From IMG/VR virus record IMGVR_UViG_3300032320_002563, positions 1 to 49,908 of that record: a stretch of DNA of 49,908 nucleotides; one strand, 5' to 3'. This document shows positions 48,965 to 49,908 of this stretch, piece after piece. The position numbers and the translations under genes are program-made. How positions within the stretch are numbered: the stretch's first letter is position 1; each line of letters starts with the position of its first letter. The notes below the pieces were generated by a model. It was not told where the DNA came from. It did no database searches and worked only from the letters and a program-made list of their open reading frames with translations. The stretch comes from a virus (lineage: Duplodnaviria > Caudoviricetes).

Positions 48965-49908
48965 AACATCAGTATATACTGGGACTCAGTGCCGGATTCC
49001 ATGATGCAGCCGCCGCATTGATCCGCAACGACGGTGACATTCTCTTTGCTGGACACAGCGAACGTTATTCAAAAAAGAAAAATGATGCAGATATCTGCCC
49101 TGGTATTCTGGAAGAATTTTGTAAATATCCCATAGACACCATTGCCTACTATGAACGCCCCTGGTTAAAACAGGCCCGTAACTTTGTGTCAGGTCAGGGC
49201 ATAGATTGGAACAATGTTACTGTCAAACAAGTGTTAAAGAATCAACTAGGAGACTGGTTACAGCATCTGCCTAGACAGATCAACACTTACAGTCATCACC
49301 TGTGCCATGCGGCAGCAGGTTTCCAAACAAGCCCATATGAGCGTGCCACTTGTGTGGTCATAGATGCCATAGGTGAGTTTGATACCATTTCAATCTGGGG
49401 AGCAGAATATGATCAACAAGGTCGTGCAAAGTATAAGAAACTTTGGAGTCAAACTTACCCAAGGAGTATCGGGCTCTTTTATAGTGCAATTACTCAGCGC
49501 ATTGGCCTACACCCGCTAGATGAAGAATACATAACCATGGGCATGAGTGCTTATGGCCAACCCAGATACGTAGAAGAATGTCGTGCCTTATTGGAAGACA
49601 ATCTACACATAGGCATTGATCCAGACTGGTTGTGGGCCGCCTCTAACGAGGATATTGCTGCCAGTGCCCAGGTTTTATCAGAAGAATTGATATATAGTGT
49701 TGTACGTCGTGCTCAGGAGTTTGACTGGAGCTCAAATTTAGTCTACCAGGGCGGCGTGGCTTTGAACTGTCTTGCAAATAGAAAACTCGGTGAATATTTT
49801 GAAAACATTTGGATCATGCCTTGCCCTGGCGATGCTGGCAATAGCCTTGGTGCTGCCGCACTGGCCCATGGAGGACGTCTACGCTGGACAGATGCGTACC
49901 TTGGCCAC
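48961..49908 (+). CDS. O-carbamoyltransferase (NodU/CmcH/TobZ family), partial: runs off the window
   Basis: Hand translation ILGLSAGFHDAAAAL..HSERYSKKKND..HHLCHAAAGFQTSP..VIDAIGE..SIGLFYS..EEYITMGMSAYG..GGVALNCLAN..PGDAGNSLGAA (Kae1-like N-terminal domain). Confidence 0.92.
   Translation, partial: MKHQYILGLSAGFHDAAAALIRNDGDILFAGHSERYSKKKNDADICPGILEEFCKYPIDTIAYYERPWLKQARNFVSGQGIDWNNVTVKQVLKNQLGDWLQHLPRQINTYSHHLCHAAAGFQTSPYERATCVVIDAIGEFDTISIWGAEYDQQGRAKYKKLWSQTYPRSIGLFYSAITQRIGLHPLDEEYITMGMSAYGQPRYVEECRALLEDNLHIGIDPDWLWAASNEDIAASAQVLSEELIYSVVRRAQEFDWSSNLVYQGGVALNCLANRKLGEYFENIWIMPCPGDAGNSLGAAALAHGGRLRWTDAYLGH

Larger units (their letters stand above)
1..49908. mobile_element. Segment of a large T4-like (contractile-tailed) bacteriophage genome
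   Basis: gp46/gp47/gp55-like genes, a baseplate module (gp53, gp5, gp25, gp6-like), T4-type late promoter boxes, dense overlapping gene packing; no cellular housekeeping genes seen. Confidence 0.93.

Noticed and set aside
1-49908. Stop-codon reassignment, introns/inteins, tRNAs, CRISPR arrays or diversity-generating retroelement
   Set aside because: Genes tile fully in code 11 with TAA, TGA and TAG all used as stops; intergenic gaps are under 100 nt; no RT, homing endonuclease, intein motif or repeat-spacer pattern seen by eye
33029-49908. Interpreting the operon as a bacterial LPS/capsule locus flanking a prophage
   Set aside because: No integrase/att site, flippase, polymerase, transporter or obvious membrane protein seen; gene packing is phage-like and continuous with the tail module. 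A chimeric assembly cannot be excluded without reads

Overview
The window is a 50-kb piece of a large, T4-like (myovirus/jumbo-type) dsDNA phage genome read in the standard genetic code. It has three blocks. (1) 1-3263, minus strand: gp46/gp47 (Rad50/Mre11-like) recombination nuclease subunits and an enlarged gp55-like late sigma factor, preceded by a near-consensus sigma70 promoter. (2) 3358-32957, plus strand: a late structural operon (cupin-like protein, tube/hub-like proteins, gp53-, gp5-, gp25- and gp6-like baseplate proteins, a 4777-aa mosaic baseplate/fibre protein and fibre-like proteins). It is punctuated by TAAATA/TATAAATA late-promoter boxes and closed by a hairpin terminator. (3) 33029-49908, plus strand, running off the window: a translationally coupled operon of at least 19 ORFs with its own sigma70-like, apparently leaderless promoter. 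It encodes three GT-A-like and three GT-B/GT10-like putative glycosyltransferases, an NDP-sugar epimerase/dehydratase, a short UDP-glucose dehydrogenase, five paralogous radical SAM enzymes with an N-terminal twitch-like Fe-S domain, a putative His/Glu metalloprotein, a 33-aa basic peptide and a NodU/TobZ-family carbamoyltransferase. Block 3 looks like a phage-encoded sugar biosynthesis and tailoring cluster (target: virion glycans, DNA hypermodification or host surface) and is the best candidate for an undescribed system. No tRNA, rRNA, CRISPR array or IS element was recognised. All family calls come from motif reading by eye; no searches were run.
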